NCBI GenBank assembly: GCA_026392455.1
Contig: JAPLCB010000011.1
Coordinates: forward strand, 355,664 to 419,663
Source: Propionibacteriales bacterium
GTDB lineage: Bacteria > Actinomycetota > Actinomycetes > Propionibacteriales > Nocardioidaceae
DNA: 64,000 nucleotides
Direction of reading: 5' to 3'
The stretch's first letter is position 1; every line of letters starts with the position of its first letter. Below are positions 10,162 to 18,067 of this stretch, in pieces. Below the pieces are notes generated by a model. That model searched no databases. It was given only the letters and a program-made list of their open reading frames with translations, and had not been told where the DNA came from. The position numbers and the translations under genes are program-made.

Positions 10162-12516
10162 CTAGCTGGCGCCGACCTTCTTCCAGTAGCGGCTCGCGCC
10201 GAGCAACCGGCCGCCGACCAGCAGCAGACCCATCGCGAAGCCGAGCAGCTGGACCGGGACGCCGCCGGTGTTGGGAAGACCCGAGACCGTGGTGCTCCCC
10301 GTGATGCTTCCGGTCGTGCTCGCTGCCCCGCTGACGGAGCCGGCGGTGTCGCCCGGGGGCAGGACCACCGTGGTCGAGCCGCCGTCGGTGTTCGGGGTGG
10401 TCTGACCCACGGTGTTCCCGTCAGTCTGGCCGACCGTGTTCGATCCGTCCGTTGAGCCGGTGGCGGTGCCGGTCGTGGTGCCGGTCGTGGTGCCGGTCGT
10501 GTTCCCGATCGTGTTGCCGAACGTGTTGCCGAACGTGTTGCCCGTCGTGTTGCCGACCGTCGAACCCGAGGTCGAACCCACGGTCGTGCCCGCTACGTCG
10601 CCGATCGTGGTGCCCACCGTCGTACCGGTCGTGGTGCCGCTGATGTCGCCAACGGTGTTCCCGACCGTGTTCCCGACCGTGTTACCGGTTGTGTTTCCCG
10701 TCGTCGAGCCGGTCGTCGTGCCGGTCGTCGTGCCGGTCGTCGTGCCGGTCGTCGTGCCGGTCGTCGTGCCGGTCGTCGTGCCGGTCGTCGTGCCGGTCGT
10801 CGTCCCGGTCGTCGTGCCGCTGATGTCACCGGTCGTCGTGCCGCTGATGTCACCGACCGTGTTGCCGACCGTGTTACCAACTGTGTTCCCCGACGCGTTT
10901 CCGGTTGTGTTTCCGGTTGTGTTTCCGGTCGTGGTGCCGGTGGTCGTGCCGGTCGTGGTGCCGGTGGTCGTGCCGGTGGTCGTCCCGGTCGTGGTGCCGG
11001 TGATGTCACCGGTCGTGGTGCCGCTGATGTCACCAACGGTGTTCCCGACCGTGTTCCCGGTCGTGTTGCCGGTCGTGTTGCCGGTCGTGTTGCCGGTCGT
11101 GTTGCCGGTCGTGTTGCCGGTCGTGTTGCCGGTCGTGTTGCCGGTCGTGTTGCCGGTCGTGTTGCCGGTCGTCGTGCCGGTCGTCGTGCCGGTCGTCGTG
11201 CCGGTCGTCGTGCCGGTCGTCGTGCCGGTCGTCGTGCCGGTCGTCGTCCCGGTCGTCGTGCCGGACGTCGTCCCGGTCGTGGTGCCCGAGGTGGCACAGT
11301 TCAATCCACCGGCCGGAGCAACCGCGTCGACCTCGCCGCGCATGAAGCCGAGCTCGACCGCACCCAGGCCACTGGGGGCAATGATCGGCAGCGGAAGCAA
11401 CGAGAGGTTGGCGGTCAGGCCGTTGAGCGCACCGTGGGCATGGGTACCGTCAGCGGACTGCTGAATGTCGGTGACTCCTCCGTACGAGATCTCACCGCCC
11501 ACCAGTCCGGCCAAGGTCGTACCAAGACCGCCCGCATCCCTGAGAATCTTGTCGATCTCGATCGACATCCCGGGCTGGATGCTCAGTGACAGCGGCCCGA
11601 CGTTGATGGTCATGTCACCGAGCTCCGGTGCCACCACCTTCGCGCCGGCGGGCAGACCGTTGGCGACGGCTGTCATGACAGCACTGTCGGGCACGCCGCC
11701 ACCAGCGTTGCCACCCCACGAGACATCGAGGAATCCGCCCAGCGCGTGGACGTCCGCGAAGTCCCAGGTCGCCATCGACTGCACAGCCAGACCCTGGGCG
11801 CAGGCACGGGGGTCGGACACCAGCTTGACCTCGCTGGTGTTCTGGCCGACCTGGGCCGAGGCGAGCGGGAACAGGCTGCTGAATCCAGGGATCGCAATCG
11901 GCATGTTCAGGCCGGGCAGGCCGCCGTTGAGAAGTTCGAGCTCAGCAATGCTGGAGTCCGAGTAGGCCAGGCGTCCGCCGGCCGTGAGGACCGTGTTGTT
12001 CCAGTTGGAGTCGGACTTGCCGTCCAGGATCCCGAGCTTGCCGATCGGCGAGAGATCGAGGTTCGCGACCGGGTTGGCGATGGTCTCCAACGACCCGTCG
12101 ACCACGGTCGTCGAGTACGACTCGGTGCGTACCGGCTGGACGTTCAGTCCGATGGCTCCGATGCCGAGGGCAGCCGAGCGAGCGTAGGAGCGGGCGGTCG
12201 GATCGGCGGCGAGCTGGCCGGGAACGGCGATCTCTCCGGTGCTGGTGCCGGTGTAGATCCCCTTGTTGAGACCGGTGCTGTCGGCAACGGCGACCGACTC
12301 GCCGATGTTGGCGCGTGCGTTGACACCGCCGTACAGGAGCTCGGCCCCGACGAAGACGCCGTAGTTCCTGGTCCAACCGCTGAACGACTGGTCGCCTGCG
12401 TTCGCGGCCTGGGCGCCGCCGGCCGGCAGGATGACCAGTCCGGCGGTCGACAGGGACAGTGCGGCCGCGGCCAGCAGCTTCAGCCTGGGCCTGGGCCTGA
12501 GCTCCGGTGACATCAT
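10162..12516 (-). CDS. LPXTG-anchored cell-wall surface protein with a long Thr-Thr-Gly-Thr/Asn tetrapeptide repeat stalk
   Basis: ORF 10162..12579. Start set to ATGATG at 12516 (AAGGAAAC RBS). Signal peptide ...LVILPAGGAQA/AN, a roughly 400-aa N-terminal domain, about 270 aa of TTGT/TTGN/TVGN repeats, then C-terminal LPNTGG + hydrophobic segment + RYWKK sorting signal. Confidence 0.85.
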   Translation of the reverse strand: MMSPELRPRPRLKLLAAAALSLSTAGLVILPAGGAQAANAGDQSFSGWTRNYGVFVGAELLYGGVNARANIGESVAVADSTGLNKGIYTGTSTGEIAVPGQLAADPTARSYARSAALGIGAIGLNVQPVRTESYSTTVVDGSLETIANPVANLDLSPIGKLGILDGKSDSNWNNTVLTAGGRLAYSDSSIAELELLNGGLPGLNMPIAIPGFSSLFPLASAQVGQNTSEVKLVSDPRACAQGLAVQSMATWDFADVHALGGFLDVSWGGNAGGGVPDSAVMTAVANGLPAGAKVVAPELGDMTINVGPLSLSIQPGMSIEIDKILRDAGGLGTTLAGLVGGEISYGGVTDIQQSADGTHAHGALNGLTANLSLLPLPIIAPSGLGAVELGFMRGEVDAVAPAGGLNCATSGTTTGTTSGTTTGTTTGTTTGTTTGTTTGTTTGTTTGTTTGNTTGNTTGNTTGNTTGNTTGNTTGNTTGNTTGNTTGNTVGNTVGDISGTTTGDITGTTTGTTTGTTTGTTTGTTTGTTTGNTTGNTTGNASGNTVGNTVGNTVGDISGTTTGDISGTTTGTTTGTTTGTTTGTTTGTTTGTTTGTTTGTTTGSTTGNTTGNTVGNTVGNTVGDISGTTTGTTVGTTIGDVAGTTVGSTSGSTVGNTTGNTFGNTFGNTIGNTTGTTTGTTTGTATGSTDGSNTVGQTDGNTVGQTTPNTDGGSTTVVLPPGDTAGSVSGAASTTGSITGSTTVSGLPNTGGVPVQLLGFAMGLLLVGGRLLGASRYWKKVGAS
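10465..11290. repeat. 12-nt-period coding tandem repeat region inside the LPXTG gene
   Basis: Perfect runs of (CCGGTCGTCGTG)n at about 10709-10806 and 11165-11246, and (CCGGTCGTGTTG)n at about 11057-11166. They form three higher-order blocks separated by GCTGATGTCACC (GDISG) units. Confidence 0.95.
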
Positions 12517-12783
12517 GCGTTTCCTTAGGTAGTGCGGAGTGGGCCACGCCGTTCGCGACACACACTGAGACGGCCGCAATGCTCGTTCGCCTCGTGGGCG
12601 GCGGACGATCCTGTTTGCGCAGACTGTCGTTTTCGCCGGGAATTGACGCTGTCGCGCGGGCCGTCCCGAGGGAGCCGGAAATTCTTTGCCCGATCCGCGT
12701 GATCAGCGTGGAACAAGAGGGTCTGTCCAGGTATGTCGCCCTCTGCACGGCGGCACCCGACGCGGATTCTGGGAGGAATCGTC

Positions 12784-13812
12784 ATGCCAGCAGCCGAGCA
12801 GGAGCTCACCCTGACCGAACGCCGCTCCGCGGCCCGTCTCCGAGCGGGACACGGCGGCTCCCATGCCGAGAAGGTCAGCGACCTGATCCGGGTCGCGATC
12901 GAGCCGGCCCCCTGGGCGGCTCGCAAGCACCTCGGCGACCGCCTCTTCCGCGGACGGCTCCGGCCTGGGACCGTGGTTCTGCCGGCCAGACCGGTCTCAC
13001 CACGATCGGCCGCCGTCACGATCGGTCTGGCTTCCCGACCGATCGTGCTGCGCAGCGTCGGCGTCGCCCACCCGGTCGCCGCGAACGTCCCCTGGGTGGT
13101 TCCGCCCAACGCCGACTGGCGGATCACCGTGACCGAGCCGACCGATCTGCGCCTGGTGCACAGCCGGGAGATCCGGGACGACGTGATCGCGGCAGCGGTC
13201 TCGGCCAACCGCCCGGTGCGCTTCGAAGGGCACGAGAGCAAGATCGTCCGGGCAGCCATCCGCTCGGCAACGCCGGTCTGGGTCGACCACGACAACCAGC
13301 CGGTGGCGGACCTGGCCATCACCCCGCAACCGGGTTGGTCCTTGATCGGTGGACGGGGCGCAGCGCCGCTGGACCGCGACCAGTACAACGCGTTCCTGCT
13401 GATGATGACCTGGGCCATCGAGCAGCGCGGCAACGAAGGCGATCCTCGCGTCGCCAGCGTGGCGACGTACATCCGCAGCCGGCTCGCGGACCCGACTCTC
13501 AACACCAGCACCATTGCCGACCAGCTGCGCATCTCCCGCCGGTCGCTGCAGACACTCTTCGAGAGCGAGGGTGGCGTCGCTGTCTACGTACGTCGTCTCC
13601 GGCTGGCCGCAGTGCTGCTGCTGATCACCCAGGACCCCCGCCAGATGCCCGACCTGGAGGCGATCGCCAAGGCCACCGGCCTCGGTTCCCGCCGCACCCT
13701 GGAGCGTTCGATGCAGCAGGTCTACGGCGTCACCCCCGGGCAGGCGCGCGCCCAGCTCCTGGCCGGTCACCCGTTGCGGCCGCGCCTACCCGGAACGCTC
13801 CAGGCCAGCTGA
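12784..13812 (+). CDS. AraC family transcriptional regulator
   Basis: ORF 12733..13812. C-terminal HTH_18 region (ISRRSLQTLFESEGGVAVYVRRLRLAAVLLLI...IAKATGLGSRRTLERSMQQVYGVTPGQAR). Start set to ATG 12784 (GGGAGGA RBS); ATG 12733 is possible. Divergent from the LPXTG gene. Confidence 0.8.
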   Translation: MPAAEQELTLTERRSAARLRAGHGGSHAEKVSDLIRVAIEPAPWAARKHLGDRLFRGRLRPGTVVLPARPVSPRSAAVTIGLASRPIVLRSVGVAHPVAANVPWVVPPNADWRITVTEPTDLRLVHSREIRDDVIAAAVSANRPVRFEGHESKIVRAAIRSATPVWVDHDNQPVADLAITPQPGWSLIGGRGAAPLDRDQYNAFLLMMTWAIEQRGNEGDPRVASVATYIRSRLADPTLNTSTIADQLRISRRSLQTLFESEGGVAVYVRRLRLAAVLLLITQDPRQMPDLEAIAKATGLGSRRTLERSMQQVYGVTPGQARAQLLAGHPLRPRLPGTLQAS

Positions 13813-13832
13813 GAGACCCGGTCCCCGCACGA

Positions 13833-14825
13833 TCAGCTCGAGCGGTCGGCGACCACGTCGGCGAACGCATCCAGGGCGGTCCGCACCGGGCCGTCCGGAA
13901 GGGCCCCGAGGAGCCCCTTGGCCTCGGCGGCCAGGCCTGCCACGTAGGTGCGGGCCTGGTCCATCGCCGGGTGGGCGCGCAGCAGCCCCAGGGCCTCGGC
14001 GTGCAGGTCGTCGTCGGTGATCGCAGTACTGAGCAGCTCACGAAGCCGAGCATCAGCAGGGTCCGTCGAGCCAAGAGCGATCAGGGTCGGCAACGTGGGT
14101 ACGCCCTCGCGCAGATCCGTCCCCGGGGTCTTGCCGGACTCGTCGCTGTCCGAAGCGATGTCGAGGATGTCGTCGGAGAGCTGGAAGGCGACGCCGACCT
14201 TCTCGCCGTACTCGGTCAGCGCGGTGACGATCTCCTCCGGAGCACCGCCGAACATGGCGCCGTACCGGGCCGAGGTCGCGATCAACGAACCGGTCTTGCC
14301 TCCGACGACGCGCAGGTAGTGCTCGAGCGGGTCGTCGTCGGCGCCGGGACCCAGGGTCTCCAGGATCTGACCCTCCACGAGCCGCGAGAACGTCTGCGCC
14401 TGGATCCGGACCGCATCCGGGCCGAGCTCCGCGGTGAGCTCCGAGGACTTCGCGAACAGGAAGTCGCCGGTCAGGATGGCGACGTGGTTGTCCCAGCGGG
14501 CGTTCGCGGACTCCGCACCCCGACGCAGCTCGGCCTCGTCCATCACGTCGTCGTGGTAGAGCGACGCCAGGTGGGTGAGCTCCACGACGCAGGCGGCTCT
14601 CAGCACCTGCTCGGTGGGGCCGGTACCCGCCTCGGCCGCCAGGAAGCAGAGCAGCGGCCGGAACCGCTTGCCACCGGCCTCCATCAGGTGACGGGCCGCC
14701 TTGGTGACGAACGGCGCCTCGCTCTCCACGTGGGCGAGCAAGGACCCCTCGACCTCGACCATCCGTGCACGCAGGCGGTCCTCGAGCTCAGCGTCGAGGA
14801 TCGGCAGTGCCAGCGGGGAGCTCAT
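13833..14825 (-). CDS. polyprenyl diphosphate synthase (trans-IPPS, menaquinone side chain; GrcC1/HepT-like)
   Basis: ORF 13833..14825. Both Asp-rich motifs are present (LYHDDVMDEAELRRG and FQLSDDILD). The ATG overlaps the nuoN stop (ATGA). Confidence 0.9.
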   Translation of the reverse strand: MSSPLALPILDAELEDRLRARMVEVEGSLLAHVESEAPFVTKAARHLMEAGGKRFRPLLCFLAAEAGTGPTEQVLRAACVVELTHLASLYHDDVMDEAELRRGAESANARWDNHVAILTGDFLFAKSSELTAELGPDAVRIQAQTFSRLVEGQILETLGPGADDDPLEHYLRVVGGKTGSLIATSARYGAMFGGAPEEIVTALTEYGEKVGVAFQLSDDILDIASDSDESGKTPGTDLREGVPTLPTLIALGSTDPADARLRELLSTAITDDDLHAEALGLLRAHPAMDQARTYVAGLAAEAKGLLGALPDGPVRTALDAFADVVADRSS

Positions 14826-16411
14826 CTGATGAATTGTGCAGTACGACCGATCAGGTCGAGCAACGGACCCGGCACGATGCCCAGGACCAGGGTCCCGGCC
14901 ACGCCGATCCCGATCACCGAACTGGTCAGCAAGCTGGGAACGGTGACCCGCGGACCTTCACCGATCGGATCGGTGAAGAACATCACCACGATGATCCGGA
15001 CGTAGAAGTAAGCCGCCACCGCCGACATCAGGACCGCCACGATGACGATCGGCCAGGCGCCCGCCGAGAGCGCTGCTGCGAAGACCGCCCACTTGCCGGT
15101 GAAACCACTGGTCAGCGGGATCCCGGCCATACCGAGCAGCAGGAAGGCGAAGCTCCCGGCGACCAGCGGGGACTCCTTGCCCAGCCCCGCCCAGCGGGAG
15201 ATCTGGGTCGCTTCACCGGCTCCGTCGCGGACCAGGCTGACGATGGCGAACGCGGCCATCGTGGTCAGCGCGTAGGTCGTCAGGTAGAACAGGACGGCCT
15301 GCACCGGGTCGATGTCGCCGGCCTTGATCTCAGCGAGGTCCCGCGCACCCAGGAAACCGGTCAGCAGGAAGCCGGCATGGGCGATCGAGGAGTAGGCCAG
15401 CAGTCGCTTGACGTCGGTCTGGCTCAGCGCGAGCACGGACCCGACGACCATCGTCAGGATGGCGATCGCCCAGAAGATCGGCTGCCAGTCCCAGCGGGCA
15501 CCGCCGAAGGCGACGTAGAAGAGACGCAGCAGGGCGCCGAAGGCGGCGACCTTGGTGGCCGCGGCCATGAACGCGGTCACCGGCGTCGGGGCACCTTGGT
15601 AGACGTCCGGGGTCCAGGCGTGGAAGGGGGCCGCGCCGACCTTGAAGAGCAGACCGACAGCGAGCATCCCCATCCCGGCCAGGAGCAGGCCGTCGGACTT
15701 CGAGCCGCTGGCGATCGCGAACGCGATCTTGTCGTAGGACATCGACCCGGCGTACCCGTAGACCAGCGCGATGCCGTAGACGAAGAAGCCCGAGCTGAAG
15801 GCACCCAGCATGAAGTACTTCAGTGCGGCCTCCTGGCTCAGCAGCCGGCGGCGTCGCGCCAGACCGCAGAGCAGGTACAGCGGTAGCGAGAGCACCTCGA
15901 GCGCGACGAACAGCGTGAGGAGATCCGTCGCGGCCGGGAACATCAGCATCCCGGAGACCGCGAACATCAGCAGCGGGAAGACCTCGGTGTGCTCGAGTCC
16001 CTTCGCCGAGGCCTGGCGCTCGGCCTCGGTGCCCGGCAGGGCCGAGGCCTGACCGGCGAACGCGGTGACCCCTCCGTCGAGCTGGCGCTCGGCGAAGAGC
16101 AGCACCCCGAGCAGGGCCAGCACCAGGATGACGATCCAGGAGTACAGGGTCGGGCCGTCCAGCGCCAGCGCCCCTTCAGCGACGATCCGCCCCAGCTTCG
16201 GGTTGTCGGAGGTGGGGTTGATGGTGCCGAACACCCGGATCGCGGCGATCAGGGCGGCAACGACGCCGCCGGCCGCCAGGACCACCTGGACCAGGTACCG
16301 CTGCGCGCGCGGGACCGCGGCCTCGACCATGACGCCGAGGACAGCGACCGCGAGGATGATCAGGATCGGCAGGAGCAGGTCGTACTCGATGTGCGGAGCT
16401 TCGAATTTCAC
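14822..16411 (-). CDS. nuoN: NADH-quinone oxidoreductase subunit N
   Basis: ORF 14822..16411. Polytopic antiporter-like subunit, last in the nuo order. GTGA overlap with nuoM. Confidence 0.95.
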   Translation of the reverse strand: MKFEAPHIEYDLLLPILIILAVAVLGVMVEAAVPRAQRYLVQVVLAAGGVVAALIAAIRVFGTINPTSDNPKLGRIVAEGALALDGPTLYSWIVILVLALLGVLLFAERQLDGGVTAFAGQASALPGTEAERQASAKGLEHTEVFPLLMFAVSGMLMFPAATDLLTLFVALEVLSLPLYLLCGLARRRRLLSQEAALKYFMLGAFSSGFFVYGIALVYGYAGSMSYDKIAFAIASGSKSDGLLLAGMGMLAVGLLFKVGAAPFHAWTPDVYQGAPTPVTAFMAAATKVAAFGALLRLFYVAFGGARWDWQPIFWAIAILTMVVGSVLALSQTDVKRLLAYSSIAHAGFLLTGFLGARDLAEIKAGDIDPVQAVLFYLTTYALTTMAAFAIVSLVRDGAGEATQISRWAGLGKESPLVAGSFAFLLLGMAGIPLTSGFTGKWAVFAAALSAGAWPIVIVAVLMSAVAAYFYVRIIVVMFFTDPIGEGPRVTVPSLLTSSVIGIGVAGTLVLGIVPGPLLDLIGRTAQFIR

Positions 16412-17976
16412 TCGTGGCTCCCTTCAGCGGAGTGGCCGGAGGTCCCCGGCGCGAGCGGGTCCACGCTCGGGGGCGGATCGGTCTTGTCGACCTGCTGCAA
16501 GGTGTGGTCGACGGCCGGGTTGATCACCGACAACAGCGGCTTCGGGAAGAAGCCGAGCACCACGATCAGGAGCAGCACCGGCGCCAGCGAGGCGACCTCA
16601 CGGACGTTGAGGTCGCTGAAGCCGGAGACCTCCTCGCGGGTCGGACCGGTCATCGTGCGCTGGTACATGAACAGGATGTAGATAGCGGCGAGCACGATCC
16701 CGGTGACCGCGAACGCAGCGGCGACCTCGCTGTAGGAGAACGCGCCGACGATCACCAGGAACTCCGAGACGAACGGCGAGAGGCCCGGCAGCGAGAGCGA
16801 CGACAGGCCCGCGACCAGGAAGAAGCCGGCCAGGACCGGGGCTACCTTCTCGACTCCGCCGAAGTCGCTGATCAGCGCCGAACCCCGGCGCGAGATCAGG
16901 AACCCGGTGACCAGGAACAGCGCCGCCGTGGAGAGCCCGTGGTTGAACATGTAGAGGTTCGCGCCGTTCAGGCCCTGGCTGTTCATCACGAAGATGCCCA
17001 GCACGATGAAGCCGAAGTGCGAGATCGAGGTGTAGGCGATCAGGCGCGGGATGTTGTCCGAACCGATCGCCATCAGGGCGCCGTAGATGATGCTGATGAC
17101 GGCGAAGACGACCACCGCGGGCGTGGCCCACCGTGACGCCTCCGGGAACAGCTCCAGGCAGAACCGGATCATCCCGAAGGTGCCGATCTTGTCCAGCACG
17201 CTGACCAGCAGCACCGAGGTGCCGGGGGTCGCAGCCGCCGTGGTGTCGGGCAACCACGTGTGCACCGGGAACATCGGCGCCTTGATCGCGAAGGCGATGA
17301 AGAACCCGAGGAACAGCCAGCGTCCGGTCGCGGTCCCGAAGTCCAGCTGGGCGAGCTCACCGACCAGGTAGGTCGCGCCTGCGTCGGTCTTCGCCGACTC
17401 GACGTAGAGACCGATGACCGAGGCCAGCATGACCAGGCCGCCGAGCAGCGAGTAGAGCAGGAACTTGACCGCGGCCCGGGCCCGGTTGGCGCCACCGTAC
17501 CCACCGATCAGGAAGTAGATCGGGATCAGCGTGGCCTCGAAGAAGACGTAGAACAGGAAGACGTCGGTCGCGGCGAAGACGCCGACCGCGAGGCCCTGCA
17601 GGGCCAGCATCCAGGCGAAGAACGCCTTGGACGACCAGCGCCCCTGGTCACCGTCGTTCCAGGACGCGAGCATCACCACCGGCGCCAGGATCACGGTGAG
17701 CATCACCAGGGTCAGGCCGACCCCGTCGACCCCGAGCGCGTAGTGCGCCCCGAACGACTTGATCCACTCGTGCTGCTCGGCGAACTGGTACACCTTCGAG
17801 GAGTCGGTGTCGTAGTTGGCCGCCATCGCGATCCCGACGGCAAGCGTCGCGACCGAGGTGCCGAGGGCGAGCTGCTTGGGCAGCAAGGTGCCCAGCGAGG
17901 CCGGCAGCAGCACCAGGACGATGGCGCCGACGATCGGCAGGAACAGCAGCAGGGAGAGCCACGGGAAGTCGTTCAT
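16408..17976 (-). CDS. nuoM: NADH-quinone oxidoreductase subunit M
   Basis: ORF 16408..17976. MNDFPWLSLLLFLPIVGA N-terminus, antiporter-like subunit, positioned between nuoL and nuoN. Confidence 0.95.
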   Translation of the reverse strand: MNDFPWLSLLLFLPIVGAIVLVLLPASLGTLLPKQLALGTSVATLAVGIAMAANYDTDSSKVYQFAEQHEWIKSFGAHYALGVDGVGLTLVMLTVILAPVVMLASWNDGDQGRWSSKAFFAWMLALQGLAVGVFAATDVFLFYVFFEATLIPIYFLIGGYGGANRARAAVKFLLYSLLGGLVMLASVIGLYVESAKTDAGATYLVGELAQLDFGTATGRWLFLGFFIAFAIKAPMFPVHTWLPDTTAAATPGTSVLLVSVLDKIGTFGMIRFCLELFPEASRWATPAVVVFAVISIIYGALMAIGSDNIPRLIAYTSISHFGFIVLGIFVMNSQGLNGANLYMFNHGLSTAALFLVTGFLISRRGSALISDFGGVEKVAPVLAGFFLVAGLSSLSLPGLSPFVSEFLVIVGAFSYSEVAAAFAVTGIVLAAIYILFMYQRTMTGPTREEVSGFSDLNVREVASLAPVLLLIVVLGFFPKPLLSVINPAVDHTLQQVDKTDPPPSVDPLAPGTSGHSAEGSHE

Positions 17977-18067
17977 CGGGGTCCACCCTTCAGGCGACCG
18001 AGCGAGAGCCGCTGCTCGTATCCAGTCGAGATCACCGCGCGCGTAGCGCTTGCCATCAGTACTCGTC

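Noticed and set aside
10412-11464. 350-aa plus-strand ORF made of VVP/VLP repeats, plus the minus-strand alternative-frame ORF 10593-11297 (RPARRPA repeats)
   Set aside because: These are antisense and off-frame shadows of the 12-nt repeat in the LPXTG gene. Only the TTGT/TTGN frame connects a signal peptide to an LPXTG sorting signal.
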